A model generated the notes under the pieces. That model saw only the letters and a list, made by a program, of their open reading frames with translations. It was not told where the DNA came from and did not search any database. This document shows positions 1-9,939 of a stretch of DNA of 64,000 bases, piece after piece. A program made the position numbers and the translations under genes. The stretch comes from a virus. Lineage: Duplodnaviria > Caudoviricetes. The stretch lies in IMG/VR virus record IMGVR_UViG_3300044846_003573. The stretch is one strand, 5' to 3'. The number at the start of each line of letters is the position of its first letter. Positions within the stretch are counted from its first letter, which is position 1.

Positions 1-196
1 GACATTTGAATCACTTATGCAAGCGTCAAACTATGTTCAGAGTATTGAGGAGAGACAAGGGTTAAAGATTGGATGTATTGAAGAGATTGCTTATCTAAAC
101 AAGTGGATTAATAAAGGTGAACTTATTTATTTTGCTGAAAAATACCACAAGAACAATTACGGAAAATATCTTAAAGGTTTAATTGATAGAATTTAA
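1..196 (+). CDS. rfbA: Glucose-1-phosphate thymidylyltransferase, C-terminal fragment (truncated by window edge)
   Basis: Manual translation from nt 2: TFESLMQASNYVQSIEERQGLKIGCIEEIAYLNKWI...YGKYLKGLIDRI*, matching the RmlA C-terminal motif (ASxFxxxIExRQGLKIxCxEEIAY...YGxYL). Confidence 0.85.
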   Translation, partial: TFESLMQASNYVQSIEERQGLKIGCIEEIAYLNKWINKGELIYFAEKYHKNNYGKYLKGLIDRI

Positions 197-240
197 CATT
201 AACCTTTGACAAAAATAATACTTTATTTTATATTTTAACT

Positions 241-420
241 ATGAGTTTAAACAGTTCTGATTTTATTGAAGAAATAATACATGAAGCATATTCTAAAGAT
301 ATGTACAAGGAGTTATTTGAACTTGCAAAAAAGTATAGAAATAGTGATGGAATACCATTTTACGATTCTTTTGAAAAAGCGTATTATGAACTCGGAATAC
401 CTGAAATTGATAAAATATGA
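241..420 (+). CDS. Small hypothetical protein (59 aa)
   Basis: Manual ORF MSLNSSDFIEEII...PEIDKI*; stop overlaps next start (ATGA). Confidence 0.5.
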   Translation: MSLNSSDFIEEIIHEAYSKDMYKELFELAKKYRNSDGIPFYDSFEKAYYELGIPEIDKI

Positions 421-1436
421 TATATAAGTTAGAATACATTTGGTTAGACGGATATACCCCTGAACCAAAATTAAGAAGTAAAACAAAAGTTTTAACATTG
501 GAAAATGAACCATTATTAGAATCAATTCCGATTTGGAATTTTGATGGCTCATCAACACAACAAGCTGAAGGTAATTTTTCAGATTGTTTATTAAAACCTG
601 TTAAGATGATTCGAGACCCACAGAGAAAGAATGGTTATTTGGTATTGTGTGAGGTTCTTAACCCTGACATGACACCGCATAGTTCTAATACTCGCTCACA
701 AATTAAAGACAATATGAATATGTGGGTTGGTTTTGAACAAGAGTATTTCATATATGATGGTGAACTACCATTGGGGCACACCAAAGGTAACATGAAACCA
801 CAAGGTGAGTATTACTGTGGTATTGGAACTGATAATGTATCAGGACGTAATATCGTTGAACACCATTTAGATGTTTGTCTATCTGCAGGACTTAATCTTA
901 CAGGTATTAACGCTGAAGTGGCTCTTGGACAATGGGAGTTCCAAGTGATGGGAAAAGGGACATTAGATTCTTGTGACCAATTGATTCTGTGTCGTTATCT
1001 ATTACAAAGAGTTGCTGAAACTTATAATGTTAAAATTGAATACCACCCAAAACCTTTACAGGGTGATTGGAATGGTTCAGGATTACACACGAACTTTTCA
1101 AACAAAAAGATGAGAGAAGTTGGAGGTAAAGAATACTTTGATTCAATCCTCAATGTGTTTGAATTAAATCATTCTAAACATATTGAAAATTACGGTTCAG
1201 ACAATGAATACAGATTAACTGGTAAACATGAAACACAATCTATTGATAAGTTTAGTTATGGTGTGTCAGATAGAGGTTCATCAATAAGAATACCGCAAGT
1301 AACAGTTAATAACGGATGGAAAGGATATGTTGAAGATAGACGACCAGCATCTAATGGTGACCCATATAGAATTATGAAAGTAATATCTGAGTCAGTAAAT
1401 CAGGCGGAAGCCAACTTATCCTTCAATACTATTTAA
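417..1436 (+). CDS. glnA: Glutamine synthetase, type II-like
   Basis: Motifs EYIWLDG, WNFDGSSTQQA, GFEQEY, GINAEVALGQWEFQV, DWNGSGLHTNFS, RLTGKHET, DRGSSIRIP, YVEDRRPASNGDPY. Confidence 0.92.
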   Translation: MIYKLEYIWLDGYTPEPKLRSKTKVLTLENEPLLESIPIWNFDGSSTQQAEGNFSDCLLKPVKMIRDPQRKNGYLVLCEVLNPDMTPHSSNTRSQIKDNMNMWVGFEQEYFIYDGELPLGHTKGNMKPQGEYYCGIGTDNVSGRNIVEHHLDVCLSAGLNLTGINAEVALGQWEFQVMGKGTLDSCDQLILCRYLLQRVAETYNVKIEYHPKPLQGDWNGSGLHTNFSNKKMREVGGKEYFDSILNVFELNHSKHIENYGSDNEYRLTGKHETQSIDKFSYGVSDRGSSIRIPQVTVNNGWKGYVEDRRPASNGDPYRIMKVISESVNQAEANLSFNTI

Positions 1437-1479
1437 TTTACTATATTTTGTTTGGTGGTATATTTATTAAATAAACACT

Positions 1480-2223
1480 ATGATAATTTATTTAACAACT
1501 AATTTAATTAACGGTAAAAAATATGTTGGACTTGATATGAATAATGATAAGAATTATTTAGGGTCAGGTGTTCATATTAAACGTGCAATAAAAAAATATG
1601 GTAAAGAAAATTTCATAAAAGAAATTTTAGAGGTTTGTGATAATAGACAAGAGTTATTATTATGTGAAAAAAAATGGATAGAAAACTTTAAAGCTGTTGA
1701 ATCTAAAGAATTTTATAATGTTCATATCGGTGGTATTGGTGGTGACATTACACAATATATGGATGAATCTAAAATTATTGAATGGAAACAAAATATTAGT
1801 AATGGTAAAAAGGGTAAAACTAAAGGAAAACCATTAACTGAACAAAATAAAAAAGGTATAAGTGAGTCATTGAGAAAATATTATGATAATGGTGGTGTTG
1901 CCCCATTACAAGGTAAAAAAAGAGATGATGAAACTAAAAGAAAAATAAGTGAGTCTAATAAAGGTAAAGAATTTACTAAAGAACATTTAGAAAATTTAAA
2001 AGAATCATTTAAGGGAAGAGATTATAATGGTGAAAAAAATCCATTCTACGGTAAGGGACATATGATTTCAGGTGAAAAAAACCCAATGTACGGTAAAAGT
2101 TTTTATGATGTATGGGTTGAAAAATATGGTAAAGAAGTTGCCGATATAAAGAAAAAAGAATGGTTAGATAAAAAAAGAAAAAAAAATGGAACTGATTACA
2201 ACAACAATAATGAAAAAATCTGA
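1480..2223 (+). CDS. Free-standing GIY-YIG homing endonuclease with NUMOD3-like repeats
   Basis: N-terminal IIYLTTNLINGKKYVG, YLGSG, FYN; repeats such as DETKRKISESNKGK and GEKNPFYGK/GEKNPMYGK. Confidence 0.88.
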   Translation: MIIYLTTNLINGKKYVGLDMNNDKNYLGSGVHIKRAIKKYGKENFIKEILEVCDNRQELLLCEKKWIENFKAVESKEFYNVHIGGIGGDITQYMDESKIIEWKQNISNGKKGKTKGKPLTEQNKKGISESLRKYYDNGGVAPLQGKKRDDETKRKISESNKGKEFTKEHLENLKESFKGRDYNGEKNPFYGKGHMISGEKNPMYGKSFYDVWVEKYGKEVADIKKKEWLDKKRKKNGTDYNNNNEKI

Positions 2224-2629
2224 TGAGGGTGTTCACGGGAACATTTTCGGAGGAACTTTGATGTCTCTAATTGACGACTCAGCAGCATCTTACGCTGCTC
2301 AGATATGTGACACTTCAAGAATAGTTACAATTAAGATTGATGAGTTATTATTTAAAAGTCCTGTTAAGGTTGGAAGTTTACTAAAAATTTATGGTAAGGT
2401 AGAAAAGTTCGGAACAACATCAATCAAATTATATATTGAGGTAAGAAAACATAACGTCCACACTGGTAAACAAGAAGCGGTTACACAAACATATATAACA
2501 TTTGTAAGGATAGATGGTGATGGTAAAGCAATCCCTATTCATCAATATGTTAAGGACAGATACTACGAAAGATACGAAAAATTTGGTAAGGGATTACTTT
2601 CTTTAGACGAAAAACATAACAATGATTGA
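2186..2629 (+). CDS. Acyl-CoA thioesterase (hotdog fold)
   Basis: HGNIFGGTLMSLID, F.SPVKVG, G.TSI, FVRIDGDGKAIPI. Confidence 0.8.
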   Translation: MELITTTIMKKSDEGVHGNIFGGTLMSLIDDSAASYAAQICDTSRIVTIKIDELLFKSPVKVGSLLKIYGKVEKFGTTSIKLYIEVRKHNVHTGKQEAVTQTYITFVRIDGDGKAIPIHQYVKDRYYERYEKFGKGLLSLDEKHNND

Positions 2630-2930
2630 TTTGTTGAAGAAGAATGATTTATTCTTTCTCAAACAAGTTAAAGAAAATATTCTTACTAAATACAATCTTC
2701 CATTTGAATGTTTATCTATTGAATACATGGATGAGATTTATTTCAAGATTCATTTCATTATGAAGAAGATACCGTTTGAAGTTTATTTTCATAGATATGA
2801 AGTTTTAGAAGAGGTTGAAAATGATTTGAAAACCTTTTTAAAGATAATCAATCCTGAAAGACAGATTCATCATTTAAGGGTTTATGTTGACTATAGACCA
2901 CAAAATAAAAACTTATTAAATTTTGTTTGA
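2622..2930 (+). CDS. Hypothetical protein
   Basis: ORF in tightly packed run; no motif recognised. Confidence 0.6.
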   Translation: MIDLLKKNDLFFLKQVKENILTKYNLPFECLSIEYMDEIYFKIHFIMKKIPFEVYFHRYEVLEEVENDLKTFLKIINPERQIHHLRVYVDYRPQNKNLLNFV

Positions 2931-3258
2931 CATGAAGTATGATTACTATGGTTTAAAGTCTAAAATAGACGATTTTTTGGATTTACATGATGAGGAAATT
3001 GTTAAACAAGGTTGGACAATAACATCTAAACCATGTGATGATTGTAAAGATTATGATATTAATTTAAGGTTTAGTGATGTTAAATATTGTTACGAAACAA
3101 CAACAGGTAGTAAAAGTTACAATTTAGATTATCTATTTGTTGAAAAGATAGATAAAAATAAACAGAACAAAACGGTTTATAGTTCAGCTAAAAAGATGGG
3201 TTTAGAGATAAATGATAAAGGTTTAATTTATAATTTAAGCAATGTCAAACTTTCTTGA
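2923..3258 (+). CDS. Hypothetical protein
   Basis: ORF in tightly packed run; no motif recognised. Confidence 0.55.
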   Translation: MFDMKYDYYGLKSKIDDFLDLHDEEIVKQGWTITSKPCDDCKDYDINLRFSDVKYCYETTTGSKSYNLDYLFVEKIDKNKQNKTVYSSAKKMGLEINDKGLIYNLSNVKLS

Positions 3259-4146
3259 ATATTTCACTGCATTGTCTCTATGACTTGATACTCCACCACC
3301 AGCGTTGATATCTGCAAAATATTCAGCGGCTTGTTTCTTTGTTTCAAATTTTGGAAATCCTGACTTTTTACCTTTTGTGAAGAACATAATAGCCACTTGA
3401 GCTGCGGTAAATGGGTTATTAACTTCTTCAGGATTACCAACTAAATCTTTACCGATTAGACCACCATATTTTCTATAGTTCCCCATACCTGTTAACTGAT
3501 TAAATCCTCTACCTCTATATTTGTATCCATCATCGTCGGCAGTTCCATTCTTACCATTACCAACAGTATTGGCGTATATTAAATTATAAAACTTTTTATC
3601 ATCTTGTTTAAGTTGATTTATTTCAGAATCTGAAAGATGAGAAACTCTTTTCCCAAAAAGACTTCTTATTCTACCAACACCTGTATTAGAATAAGATGTT
3701 TCTGATTTTGGTATGTAATTACTTTCTTTACCAATTACGGATAATATACCAATTTGAGCCATTGGGTCTGTAATACCAAAATCATTCATGGCGTCAACCA
3801 ATAAATCAATGTTTCTTGCTTTTTTTCCTGAAAATTTGTGAATTAATTTACCTGAAAAATTATCTTCATTTCCGTATGTTAAATCTTCAAGTTTGGCATC
3901 TTGAAGTTTATCTTTAAGATATTTTTCTTCCTCACCTGTTAAATCTTCTTTATTATTTGTGATGTTATCAATAATTTTACTTACATCTGTTGTACCGAAA
4001 GTGTCTTCCGCGAACTTTTTAACTGCTTGACCAATCTCAGTTTGTTTTAAATAATCAACTGCGTCGTCTAAAAAACCTTCATTTAAATTATATAATTTTC
4101 TGATGTCATTTTTTTCTTGTTCTGAAATAATAAATCTTTTACTCAT
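3235..4146 (-). CDS. GH19-like (chitinase/lysozyme family) peptidoglycan hydrolase with N-terminal leader
   Basis: LSVIGKESN, DGYKYRGRGFNQLTGMGNY, DLVGNPE; N-terminus MSKRFIISEQEKNDIRKLYNLNE. Confidence 0.75.
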   Translation of the reverse strand: MSKRFIISEQEKNDIRKLYNLNEGFLDDAVDYLKQTEIGQAVKKFAEDTFGTTDVSKIIDNITNNKEDLTGEEEKYLKDKLQDAKLEDLTYGNEDNFSGKLIHKFSGKKARNIDLLVDAMNDFGITDPMAQIGILSVIGKESNYIPKSETSYSNTGVGRIRSLFGKRVSHLSDSEINQLKQDDKKFYNLIYANTVGNGKNGTADDDGYKYRGRGFNQLTGMGNYRKYGGLIGKDLVGNPEEVNNPFTAAQVAIMFFTKGKKSGFPKFETKKQAAEYFADINAGGGVSSHRDNAVKYSRKFDIA

Positions 4147-4198
4147 CGTATTGTTTTTATAATAAATATTATCTTATATTTGTTTGTAAACAAAACAC

Positions 4199-4351
4199 AT
4201 GATTTTAGTATTATTTTGGGTAGTAATAGCAAGGTTTGTTAGGTTATTAACAACCAAAGAAAAACCAACATTCAAGGAAGAGTTGGGTGATTTTGTTTTT
4301 CATTACCTTTTCGCTTTGGTAATCTACGTTATTCTTATCTCAATTTTCTGA
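4199..4351 (+). CDS. Small membrane peptide (50 aa)
   Basis: Manual ORF MILVLFWVVIARFV...ALVIYVILISIF*; TATATTTG at 4175-4182 upstream. Confidence 0.4.
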   Translation: MILVLFWVVIARFVRLLTTKEKPTFKEELGDFVFHYLFALVIYVILISIF

Positions 4352-4691
4352 GTTCCCTTTTGATTGACTCTTCTATCAAATCGTCTGATTGTTCTATATT
4401 AAGATATATAGTGTCGTATTTGTAATTAAGTGAGTCCATTGCGTTGGAAATAAGATTGGTCAAAAAAGATTTAAGTTTACCCATTCTACCATCTTTAATA
4501 TCAACACTTATATCGGCAAAGACACTTCCAAAAACAATATTACCTCTCATCCATTCCTGTTTAGACGGATAAGCCTCAATACGATTAATCCTAATATTAG
4601 GTAGATTAAAACCTTTATCCTGTTCAAACTTTGATAGGGCTTTAGGTAATATCCTTTCAATATGATTTTTTAAGTGTTCTCCGTATGTCAT
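4335..4691 (-). CDS. Hypothetical protein
   Basis: ORF with TATTTAT upstream on its strand. Confidence 0.6.
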   Translation of the reverse strand: MTYGEHLKNHIERILPKALSKFEQDKGFNLPNIRINRIEAYPSKQEWMRGNIVFGSVFADISVDIKDGRMGKLKSFLTNLISNAMDSLNYKYDTIYLNIEQSDDLIEESIKRELRKLR

Positions 4692-4730
4692 TTCTAATTA
4701 TATAAATACTTATAGTAAAACAAATATACT

Positions 4731-5327
4731 ATGAGTTACACGAAAGAACAAATTGAAACTGCGGTAAAATCAAAAGGTTATGTATGGTTTGAAGATACTG
4801 CTAATAAAGGTTACGATGTTAACATCGTTGGAATCAGAAACACTGCAACTGGACAAAAGGTTACAAATGCTTTTGATGATTATTTAACTATTTCTTACAA
4901 AGAGAATGGACAATGGAAGTGTCACGTTTGGCCGGCAACAACTGACCCAGGTAAGAAAGGTGTAATGGAATACCACAACAAAGATGGTGTTGCTCGTTTG
5001 GTTGAGGGACAGTATCGTGGTTCACATATCATCAGATTACATCAGGGTAAGTATGAAGCGTTAGGACAAGATAGAGCGGTTAAAGTTTATCGTGATGCCA
5101 ATAAAGATATGACTTATGATGAGAACAAAATCACTGAAGGTGTTTATGGTATTAACATTCACAAAGCAGGTGCTAATTCAACATATGTTGAGAATTGGTC
5201 TGAAGGATGTCAAGTATTCAAGATGTCGGCTGACTTTGAAGAGTTTATGAAGATTTGTCGTAAGTCAAAAGACATTCACGGAAATCGTTTTACATACACA
5301 TTAATTGAAACAAAAGATATTGTATAA
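4731..5327 (+). CDS. Possible L,D-transpeptidase-like (YkuD-type catalytic motif) protein
   Basis: GINIHKAG...NWSEGCQVF resembles the Hx(n)SxGC motif; function inferred from motif only. Confidence 0.5.
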   Translation: MSYTKEQIETAVKSKGYVWFEDTANKGYDVNIVGIRNTATGQKVTNAFDDYLTISYKENGQWKCHVWPATTDPGKKGVMEYHNKDGVARLVEGQYRGSHIIRLHQGKYEALGQDRAVKVYRDANKDMTYDENKITEGVYGINIHKAGANSTYVENWSEGCQVFKMSADFEEFMKICRKSKDIHGNRFTYTLIETKDIV

Positions 5328-5368
5328 TAGATTTATCACAATTTAGGTTCATCCAAATATTTATTGGT

Positions 5369-5668
5369 ATGACAAAACTAACAGAACAACTTGGAAAAAT
5401 TAGACAGATGATGGGAGTTATCAGAGAGTCTAAAGATGTGTCAGAACCTTACGATGAGAAGGCTGATACTGATTACAACGACGATGTTCATGGGGATGAT
5501 ATGAAAGACCACCCATCCTTCAAACAGAAGTTTGACTATATTGATGAGTTGGAACAAATCATGGAGAAGTGGACAGATGAATACAAGAGAAGTATTAACT
5601 GTAACGCTCCAAGAGGATTCAGTCAGAGAGCCCATTGTGATGGAAGAGCTAAGAAGAAAAGAAAATAA
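5369..5668 (+). CDS. Hypothetical phage protein
   Basis: Leader MTKLTEQLGKIRQMMG; C-terminal SINCNAPRGFSQRAHC; TATTTAT at 5358-5364. Confidence 0.65.
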   Translation: MTKLTEQLGKIRQMMGVIRESKDVSEPYDEKADTDYNDDVHGDDMKDHPSFKQKFDYIDELEQIMEKWTDEYKRSINCNAPRGFSQRAHCDGRAKKKRK

Positions 5669-5673
5669 ACATT

Positions 5674-5701
5674 AAAAAACCCCTAATTCAAGGGGTTTTT
5701 T
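5674..5701. terminator. Bidirectional intrinsic terminator
   Basis: aaaaaacccct-aattca-aggggtttttt between convergent genes. Confidence 0.8.
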
Positions 5702-5734
5702 ATTTATTGTTATCGTTTCAGGACGAATACGTTT

Positions 5735-5947
5735 TTATAGACCGTAGACTGATTTGTATTTTGTCCCAAGTAACGACAAACATTTTTCAACTGCTTCTTC
5801 TTTCTGTTTTAAACCTTTAGCCACCAATTTCTTTGAATGGTAAATAACGAATTCTACTGAACCACCTTTTGGACTTGGTAAAGTTTTGTAAATGTCATAG
5901 AAACCTACTTTAGAGGTGTAGATACCTTTTGATGAACCTTTTGCCAT
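5735..5947 (-). CDS. Small basic hypothetical protein
   Basis: ORF track; no motif. Confidence 0.55.
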   Translation of the reverse strand: MAKGSSKGIYTSKVGFYDIYKTLPSPKGGSVEFVIYHSKKLVAKGLKQKEEAVEKCLSLLGTKYKSVYGL

Positions 5948-6000
5948 TTTGTTTTATTTTTTATTTGTTTGTATAAGTTTAGTAGTAAAAATTGATATAA

Positions 6001-6318
6001 TCAATTGGGGAATGGTATTTCTAAATTGGCGATGAACTTATAAATTGGTGAACCTAAAAATATAACACCCTTCAATTCGTTATTAAATTGTGATTGTACC
6101 CATTCATTAAACACTTCAATTACCAATGCTTTTGGGACAGAGTGTAAGGTTGAAATTGTTTTAATGAATTCTTTATTACCGTAAGCGTATTTAGTTGAGT
6201 TTACTACACAAATAGGTAATTCCAAAGATGGAACTTTTAAAAAATGGTAACTACCATCATTTAATATTTCAACATTTTGGACTTCAATAAATTTCTTTAT
6301 TTGTTCTTTTATTAACAT
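6001..6318 (-). CDS. Hypothetical protein
   Basis: ORF track; starts MLIKEQIKK. Confidence 0.55.
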   Translation of the reverse strand: MLIKEQIKKFIEVQNVEILNDGSYHFLKVPSLELPICVVNSTKYAYGNKEFIKTISTLHSVPKALVIEVFNEWVQSQFNNELKGVIFLGSPIYKFIANLEIPFPN

Positions 6319-6435
6319 CCTATAAAAATCATTGATACAACTGCAACCAAGGCAACAAGTGTAAAGATTACGGATTCTATTTTGTCGCTCTTTTTCATTA
6401 CTACAAATGTAATGATAAAAACTTATACTGACAAA

Positions 6436-6954
6436 TTATTTTCTCTTATTTGGTGAAAATTCTTTTATAGTTCCCCAAAGTACATTAACTTCTTGAATTT
6501 CAGAATCGGTAATAATATCACTAACTTCTTTTCCATAGTAATAATCAAAATTACCATCATTTTGTGAAAGTTCTATAATTGGTGTCACAGAATGTTTTGA
6601 ATAACTGGTTATCGTATTTCTATATACCGTTTCAACATATTGAACACGATTTTCAGAAACATCATAAGTATATTCTTTAGGTTCAGGTATTGTTAAATCA
6701 GCAAAAGCTTTATTTGTGGTGATTTTATCAACATTTAATACATAAAGATTAAAAATGAAATCTATATCAATATAATCTAAATTTTTTCTTCCTGTTCCAA
6801 TTACAGAATTAATTGCTGATTCAAAATTTTCCACAACATATGAATGTTCTATATCGTTTAATACAACTTTTTCACCATCAAATGATTTTTTCGCCATATA
6901 CAGAATTGTATATAATAACTTTTGACTTAATGATTCTAAAAATGAGTTATCCAT
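6436..6954 (-). CDS. Hypothetical protein
   Basis: ORF track; no motif. Confidence 0.65.
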   Translation of the reverse strand: MDNSFLESLSQKLLYTILYMAKKSFDGEKVVLNDIEHSYVVENFESAINSVIGTGRKNLDYIDIDFIFNLYVLNVDKITTNKAFADLTIPEPKEYTYDVSENRVQYVETVYRNTITSYSKHSVTPIIELSQNDGNFDYYYGKEVSDIITDSEIQEVNVLWGTIKEFSPNKRK

Positions 6955-7032
6955 GTGATTAAATATATAACATAAATATATAAAATAAAAGTATTTATAT
7001 TATAATGAATTTGAAGGACAAATTCTATAAAT

Positions 7033-7368
7033 TTGAATATGATTTTAACTGATAAAGTATTAAATAAACTTTTCAATTCGGAATATATTAAAAATATATA
7101 TCCGATGATTGATAATATTGATGTTAATGTTGATTGGGATGGTGATGATGCTTTTCCTTTTTATAAACTTCATGTTACTGTTAAGTTAAATGACCCAACG
7201 ATTAATGAATATAACATTTATGAAAAAGGATTTGACCCACATTATCTTTATGATTATCATCTGAAATACCTTCTTAACTTTTTAAATATTAATTTAAACA
7301 CGGCACTTATTGAACAAGTTTTTATTAAAGTGTTAAATCCTGATGGGGAAGAGATAGTCAAATATTAA
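7033..7368 (+). CDS. Hypothetical protein
   Basis: ORF track; no motif. Confidence 0.6.
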   Translation: MNMILTDKVLNKLFNSEYIKNIYPMIDNIDVNVDWDGDDAFPFYKLHVTVKLNDPTINEYNIYEKGFDPHYLYDYHLKYLLNFLNINLNTALIEQVFIKVLNPDGEEIVKY

Positions 7369-7372
7369 TTAT

Positions 7373-7720
7373 ATGAACCTACAAGAACACATAAAAAAAG
7401 TATTAAAAGAGGAGACGGGTGAAAGAACCAAACTTGAAAAGGTTATCACTAATGTTATCAACAGGTCATTAGATGGAAAAGAATTACCTGAAAACTTCCA
7501 TAGTGTTGTTGTTGATGTCTACGGAACAAAATACGGAGATGGTTGTATGATAACTTTATTGATGAAAAGGCCTTATAGTGAAGAAGAATCTGAAATGTTG
7601 TTTGATGTTAGTAGAGATGCTAAAAATTTAATTAAATCGTTCTTCAAAGAACATTTTCTTTATGGTATTAGTATTTCAACATCAACTATAGAAAATTACA
7701 TGAAGATGACAAGTGATTGA
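7373..7720 (+). CDS. MNLQE-leader protein, unknown function
   Basis: Starts MNLQEHIKKVLKEE. Confidence 0.7.
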   Translation: MNLQEHIKKVLKEETGERTKLEKVITNVINRSLDGKELPENFHSVVVDVYGTKYGDGCMITLLMKRPYSEEESEMLFDVSRDAKNLIKSFFKEHFLYGISISTSTIENYMKMTSD

Positions 7721-7731
7721 ATATTAATTAT

Positions 7732-8040
7732 ATGAACTTACAAGAACACATAAGAAGAGTATTAAAAGAGGAAACTGAAAAGTTTGATAAGATAGAACAT
7801 TTTATGAAAACTGCTAATACATTATTCAGCAAACTAAAATTTAAGGCTGTTAAACGTGTTGAGTTTGATTATGACGAAAGGATTGAAGGGTTTATTGTTA
7901 ATGTATTTTATGATAGACAATATGCGATAGATAATCCAAAAAATTTCAATCAAGTAAAACAAAACTTTATTAAAGAAATTGGTTCAATCATTACAAGGTT
8001 TTTCCCATTCAAATTTTATATTTATTTATATGACGACTAA
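7732..8040 (+). CDS. MNLQE-leader protein, unknown function
   Basis: Start moved to ATG at 7732: MNLQEHIRRVLKEE. Confidence 0.7.
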   Translation: MNLQEHIRRVLKEETEKFDKIEHFMKTANTLFSKLKFKAVKRVEFDYDERIEGFIVNVFYDRQYAIDNPKNFNQVKQNFIKEIGSIITRFFPFKFYIYLYDD

Positions 8041-8049
8041 TTATATATT

Positions 8050-8685
8050 ATGAACTTACACGAACACATAAAAAAAGTATTAAGAGAAGAGGTTAACAAG
8101 AAGTATTTGAAACCGAGTGAAAAATCCGAGAAATTTATTTTGGATAGATTGAATAGTATGGCTTCAGGTGCTGAAATATACCACGTTGAAAGTTATAAAA
8201 CAAGACACGATTTTGAGTTTTGTAAAAATGGAAAACAAATAATGAATCTCGCATTGTTCTTTGAAGAAACTGACGATAACACCCCAACGTCTGAAAGGAA
8301 ATTTGACTCTTCAACATTATCAGTACAAGAAGATTTTGTTGGTGGATTATTAGGGGCTTTTCCTGTTAGAAGAAATTATCTTTATTATATAATTGAAGAA
8401 TGGTTTGAAGATACTTTTTTAAGTAAAATCTCAAATATGATGGGTAGAAATGATATATCTGTTGAAGAATTATCATTTAATGATAGGTCATATACGTGTG
8501 TTCCACCAATTAATGAAGTACCTGAAGGAGTTACTCAAGACGAGATGATTAAGGTTATTATGAACAATACATTATGGCGTAAAAAAGATTTATTGGCGTT
8601 AGAAGAAAGAGAGCCTGGGTCTTTAGAATGGATGTATTTGAATAAACTTCGTAATAATGAGGTTAATAGATTAGATAATAGATAA
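8050..8685 (+). CDS. MNLQE-leader protein, unknown function
   Basis: Starts MNLHEHIKKVLREE. Confidence 0.7.
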   Translation: MNLHEHIKKVLREEVNKKYLKPSEKSEKFILDRLNSMASGAEIYHVESYKTRHDFEFCKNGKQIMNLALFFEETDDNTPTSERKFDSSTLSVQEDFVGGLLGAFPVRRNYLYYIIEEWFEDTFLSKISNMMGRNDISVEELSFNDRSYTCVPPINEVPEGVTQDEMIKVIMNNTLWRKKDLLALEEREPGSLEWMYLNKLRNNEVNRLDNR

Positions 8686-8686
8686 T

Positions 8687-8968
8687 ATGAACCTACAGGA
8701 ACAAATAAGAATAGTATTAAGGGAAGTAGTTAATGAATCCAAAGGTTGGAGTGATTCAAAGCAAAAATTAGAAAGAACTTTTAAATTCAAAGATTTTAAT
8801 GAATCAATGGGATTTGTTAATAAAGTTGCGAAGATTGCCGAATCACAAAATCATCATCCCGATATTAAAATAAATTACAACAAAGTAAAATTATCAATAA
8901 CTGACCACGAAAAGGGTGGGGTATCTGAAAAATGTCATAAATTGGTAAAGGCTATTGATAAACTCTAA
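8687..8968 (+). CDS. phhB: Pterin-4-alpha-carbinolamine dehydratase-like domain with MNLQE leader
   Basis: KLERTFKFKDFNESMGFVNKVAKIAESQNHHPDI...YNKV...TDHEKGGVSE. Confidence 0.8.
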   Translation: MNLQEQIRIVLREVVNESKGWSDSKQKLERTFKFKDFNESMGFVNKVAKIAESQNHHPDIKINYNKVKLSITDHEKGGVSEKCHKLVKAIDKL

Positions 8969-8972
8969 CAAT

Positions 8973-9455
8973 ATGAACCTACAAGAGAACATACAAAGGA
9001 TTAGAGAAATGATGGACATGCCTGATATGAATATATTAGATAAACCATTACAAATATGTAGTAAAAACCCAATGACAGGATATTACAGGGATGGGTATTG
9101 TAAGACGGATAGTTCAGATAAAGGAACACACACCGTTTGTAGTGAAGTAGATGATGAATTTCTTGAGTTTACAATGTCAAAAGGAAATGATTTATCTATG
9201 TTAAAAAGTGGGGACAGATGGTGTTTATGTGCAAATAGATGGAAAGAAGCGTATGATGCGGGTAAAGCACCAAAAGTAATTAAAAATGCGACAAACAAAA
9301 AAACATTAGATGTTATTGGTGATGATATTAAAGATGAAGAACTAACAGAATACGCAAGAACATTAAAAAACGCAAGACAACAGGGGGTTGGGTTAAGATT
9401 TCCGAAGTCAGCAATAAAAGCAAATCCAGCAAGGTTTAGACCTTACAACAGGTAA
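8973..9455 (+). CDS. DUF2237-family protein with MNLQE leader
   Basis: PLQICSKNPMTGYYRDGYC, GTHTVC, FLEF..SKGNDLS, GDRWCLCANRWKEA. Confidence 0.75.
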   Translation: MNLQENIQRIREMMDMPDMNILDKPLQICSKNPMTGYYRDGYCKTDSSDKGTHTVCSEVDDEFLEFTMSKGNDLSMLKSGDRWCLCANRWKEAYDAGKAPKVIKNATNKKTLDVIGDDIKDEELTEYARTLKNARQQGVGLRFPKSAIKANPARFRPYNR

Positions 9456-9456
9456 T

Positions 9457-9939
9457 ATGAAAAAAATAATAAGACTAACAGAATCACAACTTATTTCATT
9501 AGTTAAAAGAGTGATTAATGAAAGTGACCCGAAAGATGGGACTGGTAAAAAACCAAAAGGGTCTGACAGAAGATTATATACTGATGAAAACCCAAAGGAT
9601 ACTGTATCGGTTAAGTTCAGAACAAAAGAAGACATTGTTGATACTTTAAACAAAGAAAGTTTCAAATCTAAATCACACGCTCGTCAGTCTCAGATTATAA
9701 ATCTTATACATCAGAGATTACGAGTTGCTTTGGAAAGAGCAAAAGACCCTGAGGTTAAGAAAAGATTAAGAACTGCCTTTGAATATATTGAGTCCAAAAA
9801 AGAACAATCTAAAAAGAAAACTCAGGAGATGAAAGAAAGTGAATTAACTGAAAGATGTTGGAAAGGATATACTCAAAAAGGAATGAAAACTATGTTTGGT
9901 AAGAGATACCCTAACTGTGTTAAAAATACAAAGAAATGA
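9457..9939 (+). CDS. MKKxxRLTE-leader hypothetical phage protein
   Basis: MKKIIRLTESQLISLVKRVINE; RRLYTDENPKDTVSVKF; C-terminal CWKGY...YPNCVK. Confidence 0.7.
   Translation: MKKIIRLTESQLISLVKRVINESDPKDGTGKKPKGSDRRLYTDENPKDTVSVKFRTKEDIVDTLNKESFKSKSHARQSQIINLIHQRLRVALERAKDPEVKKRLRTAFEYIESKKEQSKKKTQEMKESELTERCWKGYTQKGMKTMFGKRYPNCVKNTKK

Noticed and set aside
1436-2223. Group I intron around the GIY-YIG gene
   Set aside because: Glutamine synthetase is complete before it and there is no flanking space for intron core elements.
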